A stretch of 64,000 bases of DNA from Mycobacteriales bacterium (GTDB lineage Bacteria; Actinomycetota; Actinomycetes; Mycobacteriales; SCTD01), in assembly GCA_030697205.1 (NCBI GenBank), contig JAUYQP010000059.1, forward strand, positions 13,127 to 77,126, in the 5' to 3' direction. Position 1 is the first letter of the stretch; each line of letters starts with the position of its first letter. The translations under genes were made by a program, and so were the position numbers. Under the pieces are notes generated by a model. It did no database searches, was not told the origin of the DNA, and worked only from the letters and a program-made list of their open reading frames with translations. Positions 10,097 to 22,020 of this stretch are shown here, piece by piece.

Positions 10097-12088
10097 GTGC
10101 TGCTGGAGAGCTACGCGCAGGGACGGTGGCACGCGCCGAAGGACGAGGGCGAGCCGCTGCTCGACGCCTCGACCGGCGACGAGGTCGCGCGGTTCGGCCG
10201 CGATACCGGGCTCGATCTCGGGGCGGTCCTCGAGCACGGCCGGCGGGTCGGCGGACCGGCGCTGAGGGCCATGACCTTCCACGAGCGGGCCGGGGTCCTC
10301 AAGCAGCTCGCCACCCACCTCCAGTCCCACAGCGAGGAGCTCTACGCGCTGTCCGCCATGACCGGGGCCACGAAGCGCGACAGCGACGTCGACGTCGGCG
10401 GCGGCATCGGCACGCTGTTCGCCTACTCCTCCAAGGCCCGACGCGAGCTGCCCAACAGCACCGTCTACGTCGACGGCCCCGTCGAGTCGCTGTCGCGCGG
10501 CGGCACCTTCGTCGCCCAGCACATCATGACGCCGCTGCGGGGTGTCGCCGTGCAAGTCAACGCCTTCAACTTCCCGGTCTGGGGCGTGCTGGAGAAGCTC
10601 GCGCCCGCCTTCGTCGCCGGGGTCCCCACCGTCGTGAAGCCGGCGCCGCAGACCGCCTACGTCACCGAGCGCCTGGTCCGCGTCGCGGTCGAGAGCGGCC
10701 TGCTGCCCGAGGGCTCGCTGCAGCTGGTCAGCGGCCCTCCCGGCGACCTGCTCGACCACCTCACCGAGCAGGACCTGCTGTCCTTCACCGGCTCCGCCGC
10801 GACCGCCGCCGTCCTGCGCGCGCACCCCGCCGTCGTGTCGCGCAACGTGCGCTTCAACGCCGAGGCCGACTCGCTCAACGCCTGCGTGCTCGGGCCCGAC
10901 GCCGGGCAGAAGGAGCTCGAGCTCTTCACCCGCGAGGTCTTCCGCGAGATGACGGGGAAGGCGGGGCAGAAGTGCACCGCGATCCGCCGCGCCTTCGTCC
11001 CTGCGGCGCGCGTCGACGACGTCGTCGCCGGCCTGCGCGACCGGCTTGGGAAGGTCGTCGTGGGTGACCCCCGCGACGAGGCGACCACGATGGGCGCTCT
11101 CGTGTCACTCCAGCAACGCGACGCCGTACGACGGTCGGTGGCCGCGCTCGGGGGCGACGTGGTCGTCGGTGACCCTGGCTTCGAACTGGGCCGGGGCGCC
11201 TTCCTCGAGCCGCTGCTGCTGCTCGCCGACGTCCACTCCGGGCCCGTGCACGAGGTCGAGGCCTTCGGGCCGGTCTGCAGCGTGCTGCCCTACTCCGCGT
11301 CCGACGACGTGCCCGAGCTGCTCGCCCGCGGGCGCGGCTCGCTGGTCGCGACCGTCGTCACGGCCGACCCGGCCTTCGCCCGCGAGGTCGTCCTCGGCGC
11401 GGCGGCCTACCACGGCCGTGTGCACGTGCTCGACAGCAGCTGCGCGAAGGAGTCGACCGGGCACGGCTCGCCGATGCCGGCGCTGGTCCACGGTGGTCCC
11501 GGCCGGGCCGGCGGCGGCGAGGAGCTCGGCGGCATCCGCGGCGTCCTGCACCACCTGCAGCGCACCGCCGTGCAGGGCTCGCCCGCCACGATCGCGGCCG
11601 TCACCGGCCGCTGGGTGCCCGGCGCCCCACGGGTCGAGGACGGCGTGCACCCCTTCCGCAAGACCCTGGGCGAGCTGGCCGTCGGCGACTCCGTCCGGAC
11701 CGCCGCCCACGAGGTCACGCAGGAGGAGATCGACCGCTTCGTCGAGCTCACCGGCGACAGCTTCTACGCCCACACCGACCCGGTCGCCGCCGCTGCCAAC
11801 CCGCTGTTCGGCGGCATCGTCGCGCACGGCTACCTCGTGCTGTCGCTCGCGGCGGGGCTGTTCGTCGACCCCGCGCCCGGCCCGGTGCTCGCCAACTACG
11901 GCCTCGACTCGCTGCGCTTCGTCACCCCCGTCAAGCCCGGCGACGTCATCTCGGTCGTGCTGACCTGCAAGGAGAAGAACCCGCGCGACGGCGCCGACTA
12001 CGGCGAGGTCCGATGGGACGCCGAGGTCACCAATGCCGAGGGCGCGGTCGTGGCCCACTACGAGCTGCTGACGATGGTCGCTCGGTAG
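10097..12088 (+). CDS. paaZ: bifunctional aldehyde dehydrogenase / MaoC hydratase PaaZ (oxepin-CoA hydrolase/3-oxo-5,6-dehydrosuberyl-CoA semialdehyde dehydrogenase)
   Basis: Collinear with E. coli PaaZ: [62 protein letters not shown], plus a C-terminal MaoC hotdog domain. GTG 10097 follows AAGGAG. Confidence 0.9.
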   Translation: MLLESYAQGRWHAPKDEGEPLLDASTGDEVARFGRDTGLDLGAVLEHGRRVGGPALRAMTFHERAGVLKQLATHLQSHSEELYALSAMTGATKRDSDVDVGGGIGTLFAYSSKARRELPNSTVYVDGPVESLSRGGTFVAQHIMTPLRGVAVQVNAFNFPVWGVLEKLAPAFVAGVPTVVKPAPQTAYVTERLVRVAVESGLLPEGSLQLVSGPPGDLLDHLTEQDLLSFTGSAATAAVLRAHPAVVSRNVRFNAEADSLNACVLGPDAGQKELELFTREVFREMTGKAGQKCTAIRRAFVPAARVDDVVAGLRDRLGKVVVGDPRDEATTMGALVSLQQRDAVRRSVAALGGDVVVGDPGFELGRGAFLEPLLLLADVHSGPVHEVEAFGPVCSVLPYSASDDVPELLARGRGSLVATVVTADPAFAREVVLGAAAYHGRVHVLDSSCAKESTGHGSPMPALVHGGPGRAGGGEELGGIRGVLHHLQRTAVQGSPATIAAVTGRWVPGAPRVEDGVHPFRKTLGELAVGDSVRTAAHEVTQEEIDRFVELTGDSFYAHTDPVAAAANPLFGGIVAHGYLVLSLAAGLFVDPAPGPVLANYGLDSLRFVTPVKPGDVISVVLTCKEKNPRDGADYGEVRWDAEVTNAEGAVVAHYELLTMVAR

Positions 12089-12120
12089 CTACGCTGGGGA
12101 CTTCACACCAGGAGGTCCGC

Positions 12121-13215
12121 ATGCCGCGCCAGATCGACTTCGAGGTCGAGCTCACCACGACCCCGACCCCTGACGACGAGCGACGCGCGCTGCTCGTCGA
12201 CCCGGGCTTCGGCCGGCTGCACACCGACCACATGGTCACGGCCCACTGGTCGGCCGACAAGGGCTGGTACGACGGGCGCCTGCACCCCTACGGCCCGTTT
12301 GTGCTGGACCCGTCGACGAACTTCATGCACTACGGCCAGTCGATCTTCGAGGGCATGAAGGCCTACAAGCTCGAGGACGGCACGGTCACGCTGTTCCGCC
12401 CGCGCGAGAACGCCGCCCGCTTCAACCTCTCCGCGCAGCGCCTGGCCCTGCCCACCATCGAGGAGGACGACTTCCTCGCCGCCGTCGAGCTGCTGGTCCG
12501 CACCGACCACGAGTGGATCCCCACCGCCGACGGCGCGTCGCTCTACCTGCGCCCCTTCATGATGGGCACCGAGGTCGGCCTCGGCGTGCGCCCGTCGGCG
12601 GACGCGCTGTTCTCCGTCCTGGCGCTGCCGAGCGGCAACTACTTCGCCGGCGGCATCCGCCCCCTCAAGCTCTGGCTCGCCGAGGACTCCTCGCGCGCGG
12701 CCCCCGGCGGCACCGGCGAGGCCAAGTGCGCGGGCAACTACGCCGCGTCGCTCGTCGCCCAGCAGGCCGCCATCGCCCGCGGCTGCGACCAGGTCGTCTT
12801 CCTCGACGCGGTCGAGCGCCGCTGGGTCGAGGAGCTCGGCGGCATGAACCTGTTCTTCGTCTACGCCGACGGCCGCATCGCCACCCCGGCGCTGTCCGGC
12901 ACCATCCTGCGCGGCGTCACCCGCAACTCGATCATCACCCTCGCCCGCGACGCCGGCCACGAGGTCGAGGAGCGCCGCGTCGCCGTCGACGAGTGGCGCG
13001 AGGGGGTCACCTCCGGCGAGATCACCGAGGTCTTCGCCTGCGGCACCGCGGCCGTCGTGACGCCGGTCGGCGAGCTGCACTGGACCGGCGGCTCCGTGGC
13101 CACCAAGGCCGAGGGCCTCGAGGGCGTGACGGCCTCGCTGCGCCAGCGGCTGCTGGACATCCAGTACGGCCGCGCCGAGGACCCCTACGGCTGGCGCGTG
13201 CCCGTCGCGCTGTAG
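12121..13215 (+). CDS. ilvE: branched-chain amino acid aminotransferase
   Basis: Class IV aminotransferase similarity (GFGRLHTDHMV, SIFEGMKAY, GEAKCAGNYAAS). ATG 12121 follows AGGAGG. Confidence 0.93.
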   Translation: MPRQIDFEVELTTTPTPDDERRALLVDPGFGRLHTDHMVTAHWSADKGWYDGRLHPYGPFVLDPSTNFMHYGQSIFEGMKAYKLEDGTVTLFRPRENAARFNLSAQRLALPTIEEDDFLAAVELLVRTDHEWIPTADGASLYLRPFMMGTEVGLGVRPSADALFSVLALPSGNYFAGGIRPLKLWLAEDSSRAAPGGTGEAKCAGNYAASLVAQQAAIARGCDQVVFLDAVERRWVEELGGMNLFFVYADGRIATPALSGTILRGVTRNSIITLARDAGHEVEERRVAVDEWREGVTSGEITEVFACGTAAVVTPVGELHWTGGSVATKAEGLEGVTASLRQRLLDIQYGRAEDPYGWRVPVAL

Positions 13216-13733
13216 CGCACCCTGCCTGCCGCGAGCACGTCGAGGTTGGCCTGGCGCCGCTCGGCCTCGAGCCGCTCGAGGCGCCCGCCTCCCAGGCCCT
13301 TCCCGCCGTACGCCTCGACGGCCTCGACGAAGGCGAGGTACGACGCTGCCGCGCCCTTCGCGCACCAGTAGTCCTCCTGGCGGGCGAACAGCCCGTCACC
13401 GCTGTAGGTGAGCGCCGTCATGCCGGGGAAGTCGAAGGGCGGCCCGGCCGGGTCGGGGTTGTAGTAGCGGTTCTGCATCGACAGCACGAGCCGGTCGCCG
13501 TCGATGACATACCACTCGAGCAGAGCGTGGACGTCGGCGCGCGCGACCATGAGCTCGGTGATCCAGGCGCGCACCTCGTCGCGGCCGCGGAAGTCACCGA
13601 AGTGGTGCTCGACGTAGTCGACGTCGGGGGTAAGCCGATCGACCCAGGCCGACCAGTCCTCCTCGATGCACCCCACCGTCCAGAACACCTCGAACGCTGC
13701 CTGCACCTCTGCGCGATCCGCCACGCCGTGCAC
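13185..13733 (-). CDS. nuclear transport factor 2 / SnoaL-like family protein
   Basis: 182-aa ORF with high GC3 and an NTF2-like pattern (FEVFWTVG..., VRAWITEL, LLEWYVIDGDRLVL). Its 3' end overlaps the 3' end of ilvE by 31 nt (convergent). Confidence 0.7.
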   Translation of the reverse strand: MHGVADRAEVQAAFEVFWTVGCIEEDWSAWVDRLTPDVDYVEHHFGDFRGRDEVRAWITELMVARADVHALLEWYVIDGDRLVLSMQNRYYNPDPAGPPFDFPGMTALTYSGDGLFARQEDYWCAKGAAASYLAFVEAVEAYGGKGLGGGRLERLEAERRQANLDVLAAGRVRYSATGTRQP

Positions 13734-13754
13734 CTCATCACACCGGCTCCCCTA

Positions 13755-14465
13755 GTGTGCGCAGGCGTGAGCGACAGCCCTGCCGAGGACCGACCAGACA
13801 CCGCCTGGACCGCTCCCGAGCCGCCCGACGCCGAGACCGCCCTCGAGGAGCGCCGGCTCGCCGACGAGCTGCGACGCATCATCGACCGGCTGGTCCTGGT
13901 GCGCCCCGAGGCCGCCGACCTGCGCCGCGCCGCCGACTCGGCGAAGGCCTTCGGCGACCTGCTCGACGAGCTGCGCCCGCGCGGCGCCGACGGTGTCGTC
14001 AGCGAGGCGGGCCTGCGACCCACCGACCACCTGCGCCACAGCCCGCTGTCAGGGTCCGCCAACCCGCTCGCGCCGCCGGTCGAGCTCTGGACCGAGGGCG
14101 AGCTCGACGGCCACCCGGTGACGCGCGGGACGGTGCGCTTCGGCGCCGCGTACGAAGGGCCGCCCGGGCACGTGCACGGCGGGATGGTCGCGGCGATGTT
14201 CGACGAGCTGCTGGGTCGGTCGCAGGGCAGTGCGGGGTTCACCGGCCGACTCACGATCACCTACCGCAGGCCGACCCCGCTGCACCGAGACCTCGACCTG
14301 CGGGCGGCGTTCGACCGGGTCGAGGGTCGCAAGCGCTGGATCACCGCGACCTGCCACCTCGACGGCGTCCTTCTCACCGAGGCCGAGGGGCTGTTCATCG
14401 CCCCGCGCGGCGGCGACACGATGGCCGCGCTGGCCGAGTCGCTGGTCCGCAACACCGCCCCCTGA
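13755..14465 (+). CDS. PaaI-family (hotdog) thioesterase with long N-terminal extension
   Basis: This is the C-terminal part of ORF 12513..14465. Hotdog core GPPGHVHGGMVAAMFDELLG is present. Start at GTG 13755 or 13767 (uncertain). Confidence 0.72.
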   Translation: MCAGVSDSPAEDRPDTAWTAPEPPDAETALEERRLADELRRIIDRLVLVRPEAADLRRAADSAKAFGDLLDELRPRGADGVVSEAGLRPTDHLRHSPLSGSANPLAPPVELWTEGELDGHPVTRGTVRFGAAYEGPPGHVHGGMVAAMFDELLGRSQGSAGFTGRLTITYRRPTPLHRDLDLRAAFDRVEGRKRWITATCHLDGVLLTEAEGLFIAPRGGDTMAALAESLVRNTAP

Positions 14466-14498
14466 CCGCCGGGTGCGACGGCCCAGTCGGGTCTGCTC

Positions 14499-14750
14499 CT
14501 ACGGCTTGCACCCGCTGAAGCCGGCGAAGTTGAACCCGGGGTTGGAACCGTCGTTGCCGTTGCCGCCGAAAGGCTGGTGCTCACGCACCATCGAGCCGGG
14601 GTTGGGATCGGTGGCCGGGTTGCCGGCGACACTGCACCCGGAAACGCCGTTGCCGCCTGCCGCGACAGCGGTGCCGGAACCCGCGGTCATCACGAGTCCG
14701 AGAGCCGAGACGATCACCCACACGCCGCACGTGCTGCGTCGAACGCTCAC
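14499..14750 (-). CDS. small secreted Gly/Asn/Pro-rich protein with two Cys (83-aa precursor)
   Basis: GTG 14750 lies 6 nt after GAGGAGG. Signal peptide VSVRRSTCGVWVIVSALGLVMTAGSGTAVAA. The mature part is GGNGVSGC...NPGFNFAGFSGCKP. Confidence 0.55.
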   Translation of the reverse strand: MSVRRSTCGVWVIVSALGLVMTAGSGTAVAAGGNGVSGCSVAGNPATDPNPGSMVREHQPFGGNGNDGSNPGFNFAGFSGCKP

Positions 14751-14830
14751 CGTGGACCTCCTCGCGTTGGTTGGCGAGCCCACTGTGCTCGCGGGCAGGG
14801 ACAGCCGGAATGGCGAGGAGTGACTAGCCC

Positions 14831-15130
14831 TCAGGCGCGCGCCGCCGGGGCGAGCTCGCGGTGGACGCGGCGCTCGACGACGAAGGACAGCAGCGGGACG
14901 GTGCCGGCCAGCAGCACGCCGAGGATGCGCACCGGTCGCCAGTGCTCGCGACGCCCGAGCACGAGCGCGACCACGAGGTAGACGAAGTAGACGAAGCCGT
15001 GGATCGGGCTGACGACCTCGACGAGCGCGGGCTCGTCGAAGCCGTACTTCACGACCATCGCGGCGACGAGCAGCAGCAGCATGACGCCGACCGTGAGCGC
15101 GAGCACCCGGAAGGCCGTGAGCAGGCTCAC
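14831..15130 (-). CDS. DUF3817-like integral membrane protein
   Basis: 99 aa with 3 predicted TM helices. The GTG start overlaps the upstream stop (GTGA). Confidence 0.72.
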   Translation of the reverse strand: MSLLTAFRVLALTVGVMLLLLVAAMVVKYGFDEPALVEVVSPIHGFVYFVYLVVALVLGRREHWRPVRILGVLLAGTVPLLSFVVERRVHRELAPAARA

Positions 15131-15486
15131 GAGCCCTTCTCCGCGAGTGACCGCAGATAGGCGTTGTACGCCGCCAGCTCGGGGTCGTCGTCAGCGGCGA
15201 GCGGGGCCGCGGGCTGGGCGCGGACCGGCAGGTCGGCGACCGGTGCGGGCTCGTCGTCCTGCTCGGGGCGGATCTCGTCGCGGGCGAGCTTGGCGTAGGC
15301 GACGACGGTGAAGCCCGCGAACAGCAGCCACTGCGCGGCGTAGGCGTAGTTCTGCACCCGGCCGCTGTCGCCGGCGCGCCCCCACTGCCAGCTGCCGAGC
15401 ATGAGCATCGCGACCGCGATCGCCACTACGACGGCGTGCAGCAGCAGCCACTTCGGCGAGGTGAACAGGGTCCGCACGTCGATCAC
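15127..15486 (-). CDS. small membrane protein (2 TM, acidic/Pro-rich C-terminus)
   Basis: GTG 15486 lies 1 nt after the hydrolase stop. Sequence VIDVRTLFTSPKWLLLHAVVVAIAVAMLMLGSWQW... has high GC3. Confidence 0.6.
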   Translation of the reverse strand: MIDVRTLFTSPKWLLLHAVVVAIAVAMLMLGSWQWGRAGDSGRVQNYAYAAQWLLFAGFTVVAYAKLARDEIRPEQDDEPAPVADLPVRAQPAAPLAADDDPELAAYNAYLRSLAEKGS

Positions 15487-15487
15487 G

Positions 15488-16275
15488 CTACCCGGCGACG
15501 AGCACCTCGGCCTGCTCGGACAGGTGGGCCGCGAGCAGGTCAGCGGTCTCGCGCGCGGAGGTCCAGAAGACCGCGCCCTGCGGCAGCTCGACGAGCCGAG
15601 CGTCGGGCAGCGCTGCGGCCAGCCGGCGGGCCACCGAGACGGGGTGGAGGTCGTCGTCGACCTGGGCCACGACAAGGGCGGGAGCGGTCAGCCGGCGCAG
15701 CTGCGACAGGTCGTCGAGCGGGCGCACCTGACCGCGCGGGCGCGGCGGCGGGCTCCCCGCGAGCTGGCGGGCGCGCCGCTGCACCAGCAAGCGCGCACCG
15801 GTGCGGTGCCGGACCGCATCGGGCACCTCGGCCAGCAGCAGGTCCGTCACGGCGGCCTGGTCGTCGGCGTCCATCGCAGCCGCGAGCCGCAGCAGCCAGT
15901 CGGTGGCGCGGTCGTCGCGGACCTCGTCGAGCGAGGCGGGCATGACGAAGGCGACCCGGTCGAAGCGCAACGGGTCGCGCACGAGGGCGCGCAGCAGCGC
16001 TCCAGCACCGAGCGAGAGCCCGACCGCGCGCGTCGCGCCGGTCGCGTCGGCGACCGCGAGCAGGTCGTCGGCGAGCAGGTCGAAGTCCCACCCGTCGACG
16101 AGCGGGTCGCTGCCGCCGTGCCCACGGAACGACAGCAGCACCCGGGTGCCGGGCGTGCGCGACGCGAGCGGTCGGACCTCCGCCTGCGACCCCGCGAGGC
16201 CGTGCGCGAAGACGGTGACCGGCAGGCCGTCACCGCTGGCCGACCACTCGACGCCGCCGACCCGGCCCTCGGCCA

Positions 16276-16276
<1 letters not shown>
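15488..16276 (-). CDS. alpha/beta hydrolase
   Basis: Nucleophile elbow GLSLG and oxyanion-region HGLAGS are present. The ATG start overlaps the fabG stop (ATGA). Confidence 0.8.
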
Positions 16277-19551
<3,275 letters not shown>

Positions 19552-19555
<4 letters not shown>

Positions 19556-19806
19556 GCGTTGACGCCCGTCTTCGCGATGAAGTCGAGGGCGTCCTGGACG
19601 GTCTTGAGGCCCTCGAGCGCGTCGTCGGGGATGCGGACGCCGAAGCGCTCCTCGCAGGCCACGACGACCTCGACCATCGACAGGCTGTCGACCTCGAGGT
19701 CGTCGAGGAAGGTCGCCTGGGGGACGACTGCGCTCGGCGCGGTGCCGGCGATCTCCTGCAGGATCTCGGCGAGGCCGGCGAGCAGGTCAGGGTGGGGGTA
19801 GGACAT
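19552..19806 (-). CDS. acpP: acyl carrier protein
   Basis: 84 aa with the phosphopantetheine site LEVDSLSMVE. Confidence 0.93.
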
Positions 19807-19854
19807 GGGATCTCCAGGTTTCTCAGGGGTTGTACGACGGGTGGGGCGGGTGGG

Positions 19855-20796
19855 TCAGGGGAGACGGACGACCTGCGCGGCCGCCGTGAGGCCGGCGCCG
19901 AAGCCGAGCAGCAGGACCGCGTCGCCGCTGCCCACCTGCCCCTCCTCGACGAGCCGGGCGAGGGCGAGCGGGACCGACGCGGCGCTGGTGTTGCCGCTGT
20001 CGACGACGTCGCGGGCGACGATGACGGTGCCGGGGAGCTTGAGGCTGCGGACCACCGACTCGGTGATGCGCAGGTTGGCCTGGTGGGGGACGACGGCCTG
20101 CAGCGCGTCGACGGCGACGCCGGCCTGCTCGCACGCCCGTCGGGCCAGGGCGGGCAGCGACATCGTGGCCCAGCGGTAGATGGCCTGGCCCTCCATGGCG
20201 AGCCGCGGCGGCGTGCCATGGATGGTGAGCAGTGCATGCTGGTCGCCGTCGTGGGCCCACGCCACCCGGCCGATGCCGTCCATGTCGGCGGCACTGACGA
20301 CGGCCGCGCCCGCGCCGTCGCCGAAGAGGAAGGCGGTGCCGCGGTCGTCGGGGTCGACCATCGGCAGCAGCTTCTCGGAGCCGATGACGAGGACGTGCTG
20401 GGCAGTGCCAGCGCGCACGGTGTCGGCGGCGAGGGCCAGCGCGTAGGTGAAGCCCGCACAGCCGGCGCCGATGTCGGAGGCGCCGGCGCGGGTCGCGCCG
20501 AGGCGGGACGCGACCTCGGGCGAGCCGCCAGGCAGCGGGCCGGGCATGGAGCAGGTGGCCAGCAGCACCAGGCCGACGTCGGCCGGGTCGACACCGGCTG
20601 CGGCGAGCGCCTTGCCGCCGCTGCTCACGGCCATGTCCACGACCGACTCGTCGTCGCCCGCGACCCCGCGGGTCACGATGCCGCTGCGCTCGCGGATCCA
20701 CTCGTCGCTCGACCCGATGCGCTCGGCGATGGCGAGGTTGTCGACGCGACGGGCGGGCCTGTGGGCGCCGACGCCGGTGACGGCCGCGCCCCTCAT
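19855..20796 (-). CDS. fabH: beta-ketoacyl-ACP synthase III
   Basis: KAS III similarity (GAGCAGFTYAL, HQANLRI, GNTSAAS). The ATG start overlaps the fabD stop (ATGA). Confidence 0.92.
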   Translation of the reverse strand: MRGAAVTGVGAHRPARRVDNLAIAERIGSSDEWIRERSGIVTRGVAGDDESVVDMAVSSGGKALAAAGVDPADVGLVLLATCSMPGPLPGGSPEVASRLGATRAGASDIGAGCAGFTYALALAADTVRAGTAQHVLVIGSEKLLPMVDPDDRGTAFLFGDGAGAAVVSAADMDGIGRVAWAHDGDQHALLTIHGTPPRLAMEGQAIYRWATMSLPALARRACEQAGVAVDALQAVVPHQANLRITESVVRSLKLPGTVIVARDVVDSGNTSAASVPLALARLVEEGQVGSGDAVLLLGFGAGLTAAAQVVRLP

Positions 20797-21932
20797 GCGA
20801 GCACCGCCAGGGGCTGACCGACACGGACGGGGTCGCCGTGGGACACGACCCACTCCGAGACGGTGCCCGCGAGCGGCGCGAGCACCTCCTCGCTGCCGGA
20901 GCGCCCGGCGACGAGGCCGAGGCGCTCGCCCTGCTCGACGCGGTCACCGACGAGCCGGGTGAGGTCGATGACGCCGGTGCCCGGGGACGGGACCACCCGG
21001 AAGCGCACCTCCGGGCTCTCCCGCAGTCCGGCGGGCAACAGGGAGCGGCCGAGCTCCAGGTCGGCCGGGGTGGTGAGCGCCGCGAGCTGGGCGCCGGGCA
21101 GGGCGCGCTTGGCGAGCGCGGTGAGGGTGCCGCCCGGGGCGAGCTCGACGGCGGCGTGGGTGCCCATCGCGGACAGCGTCGCGAGGCAGCTGTCGAAGCG
21201 GACCGGGCCGGTGAGCTGCGCGACCAGCCGGGTGAGGGCCTCGCGCCCGTCGGTGACGACGGCACCGTCGGCGTTGGCGACCACCGGGCAGAGCGGGCGA
21301 CCGGGGGTGAGTGCCTGCACGGCACGGTCGAGGCGGTCCCGGGCGGGGAGCATCGCCGCGGTGTGGAAGGCACCGGCGACGTCGAGCGGGCGGACCCGCG
21401 ACCGCTCCGGCGGCGCTGCCGCGAGCTCTTCGAGCGCCGCGGTGTGGCCGCCGAGCACGACCTGCCCCGCGACGTTGACCGTGGCGAGCTCGAGCCCGAG
21501 CTCGGCCGCGAGGGCCAGCACCTGCGCGGTGTCGCCACCCAGGACGGCGACCAGGCCGGTGGGGTGGACGGCTGCGGCGTCGGCCATGGCTCGCCCGCGC
21601 AGGACAGCCAGCGACACCGCCTCGTCGGCGGTGAGCACCCCGGCCACGGCGAGCGCCGGCAGCTCGCCGACGCTGTGACCGCAGACCGCGTCGGGCACGG
21701 CACCGTCGAGCAGGGCGTCCGCGGCCAGCAGCGCGGCGACGGTCAGCAGCGGCTGGGCGACGGCGGTGTCACGGATCTCGTCGGCGCCGGCCGTGGTGCC
21801 GAGCGCGACGAGGTCGAGACCGACCTGCTCCGACCAGCGCTCGACCGCGGCGCGGGCGCCGGGGAAGTCGAGCCAGGGCGTGAGGAGGCCGGGTGTCTGG
21901 GAGCCCTGACCGGGCGAGAGGAGGACGAGCAC
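20793..21932 (-). CDS. fabD: malonyl CoA-ACP transacylase fused to a C-terminal lysine-less biotinyl/lipoyl-like domain
   Basis: FabD core (PGQGSQ, GHSVGE, AFHT) occupies about residues 1-300. Residues 308-379 (nt 20796-21011) align to the BCCP domain of the biotin carboxylase at 39845..41815, but AGRSGSEE replaces EAMKME. Confidence 0.9.
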   Translation of the reverse strand: MLVLLSPGQGSQTPGLLTPWLDFPGARAAVERWSEQVGLDLVALGTTAGADEIRDTAVAQPLLTVAALLAADALLDGAVPDAVCGHSVGELPALAVAGVLTADEAVSLAVLRGRAMADAAAVHPTGLVAVLGGDTAQVLALAAELGLELATVNVAGQVVLGGHTAALEELAAAPPERSRVRPLDVAGAFHTAAMLPARDRLDRAVQALTPGRPLCPVVANADGAVVTDGREALTRLVAQLTGPVRFDSCLATLSAMGTHAAVELAPGGTLTALAKRALPGAQLAALTTPADLELGRSLLPAGLRESPEVRFRVVPSPGTGVIDLTRLVGDRVEQGERLGLVAGRSGSEEVLAPLAGTVSEWVVSHGDPVRVGQPLAVLA

Positions 21933-21997
21933 ACCGACGACAGTGCCGTCCCGCGGCGGTGAAAGCCCTCGACGACGCGCACCGAGATCACCAGCGG

Positions 21998-22020
21998 TCT
22001 TTGTCAGTAACCTACAAAGA
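21998..22020. promoter_or_regulatory. AT-rich palindrome TCTTTGT-N9-ACAAAGA upstream of fabD (candidate FasR/MabR operator)
   Basis: A perfect 7-bp inverted repeat with a 9-nt spacer lies 66-88 nt upstream of the fabD start and overlaps the stop codon of the PucR-type regulator. It is unusually AT-rich for this genome. Confidence 0.45.

Noticed and set aside
14499-14750. Small exported peptides (here and at 47773..48006) as RiPP precursors
   Set aside because: No recognisable RiPP maturation enzymes (YcaO, radical SAM, LanM/LanB, prolyl oligopeptidase, ABC-peptidase exporter) are nearby. Both have Sec-type signal peptides. I kept them as findings but not as a RiPP cluster call.
19823-21703. 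626-aa minus-strand ORF over fabH/fabD
   Set aside because: It is an out-of-frame shadow of fabH and fabD (Pro/Arg/Ser-rich). The in-frame FabH and FabD translations carry all catalytic motifs.
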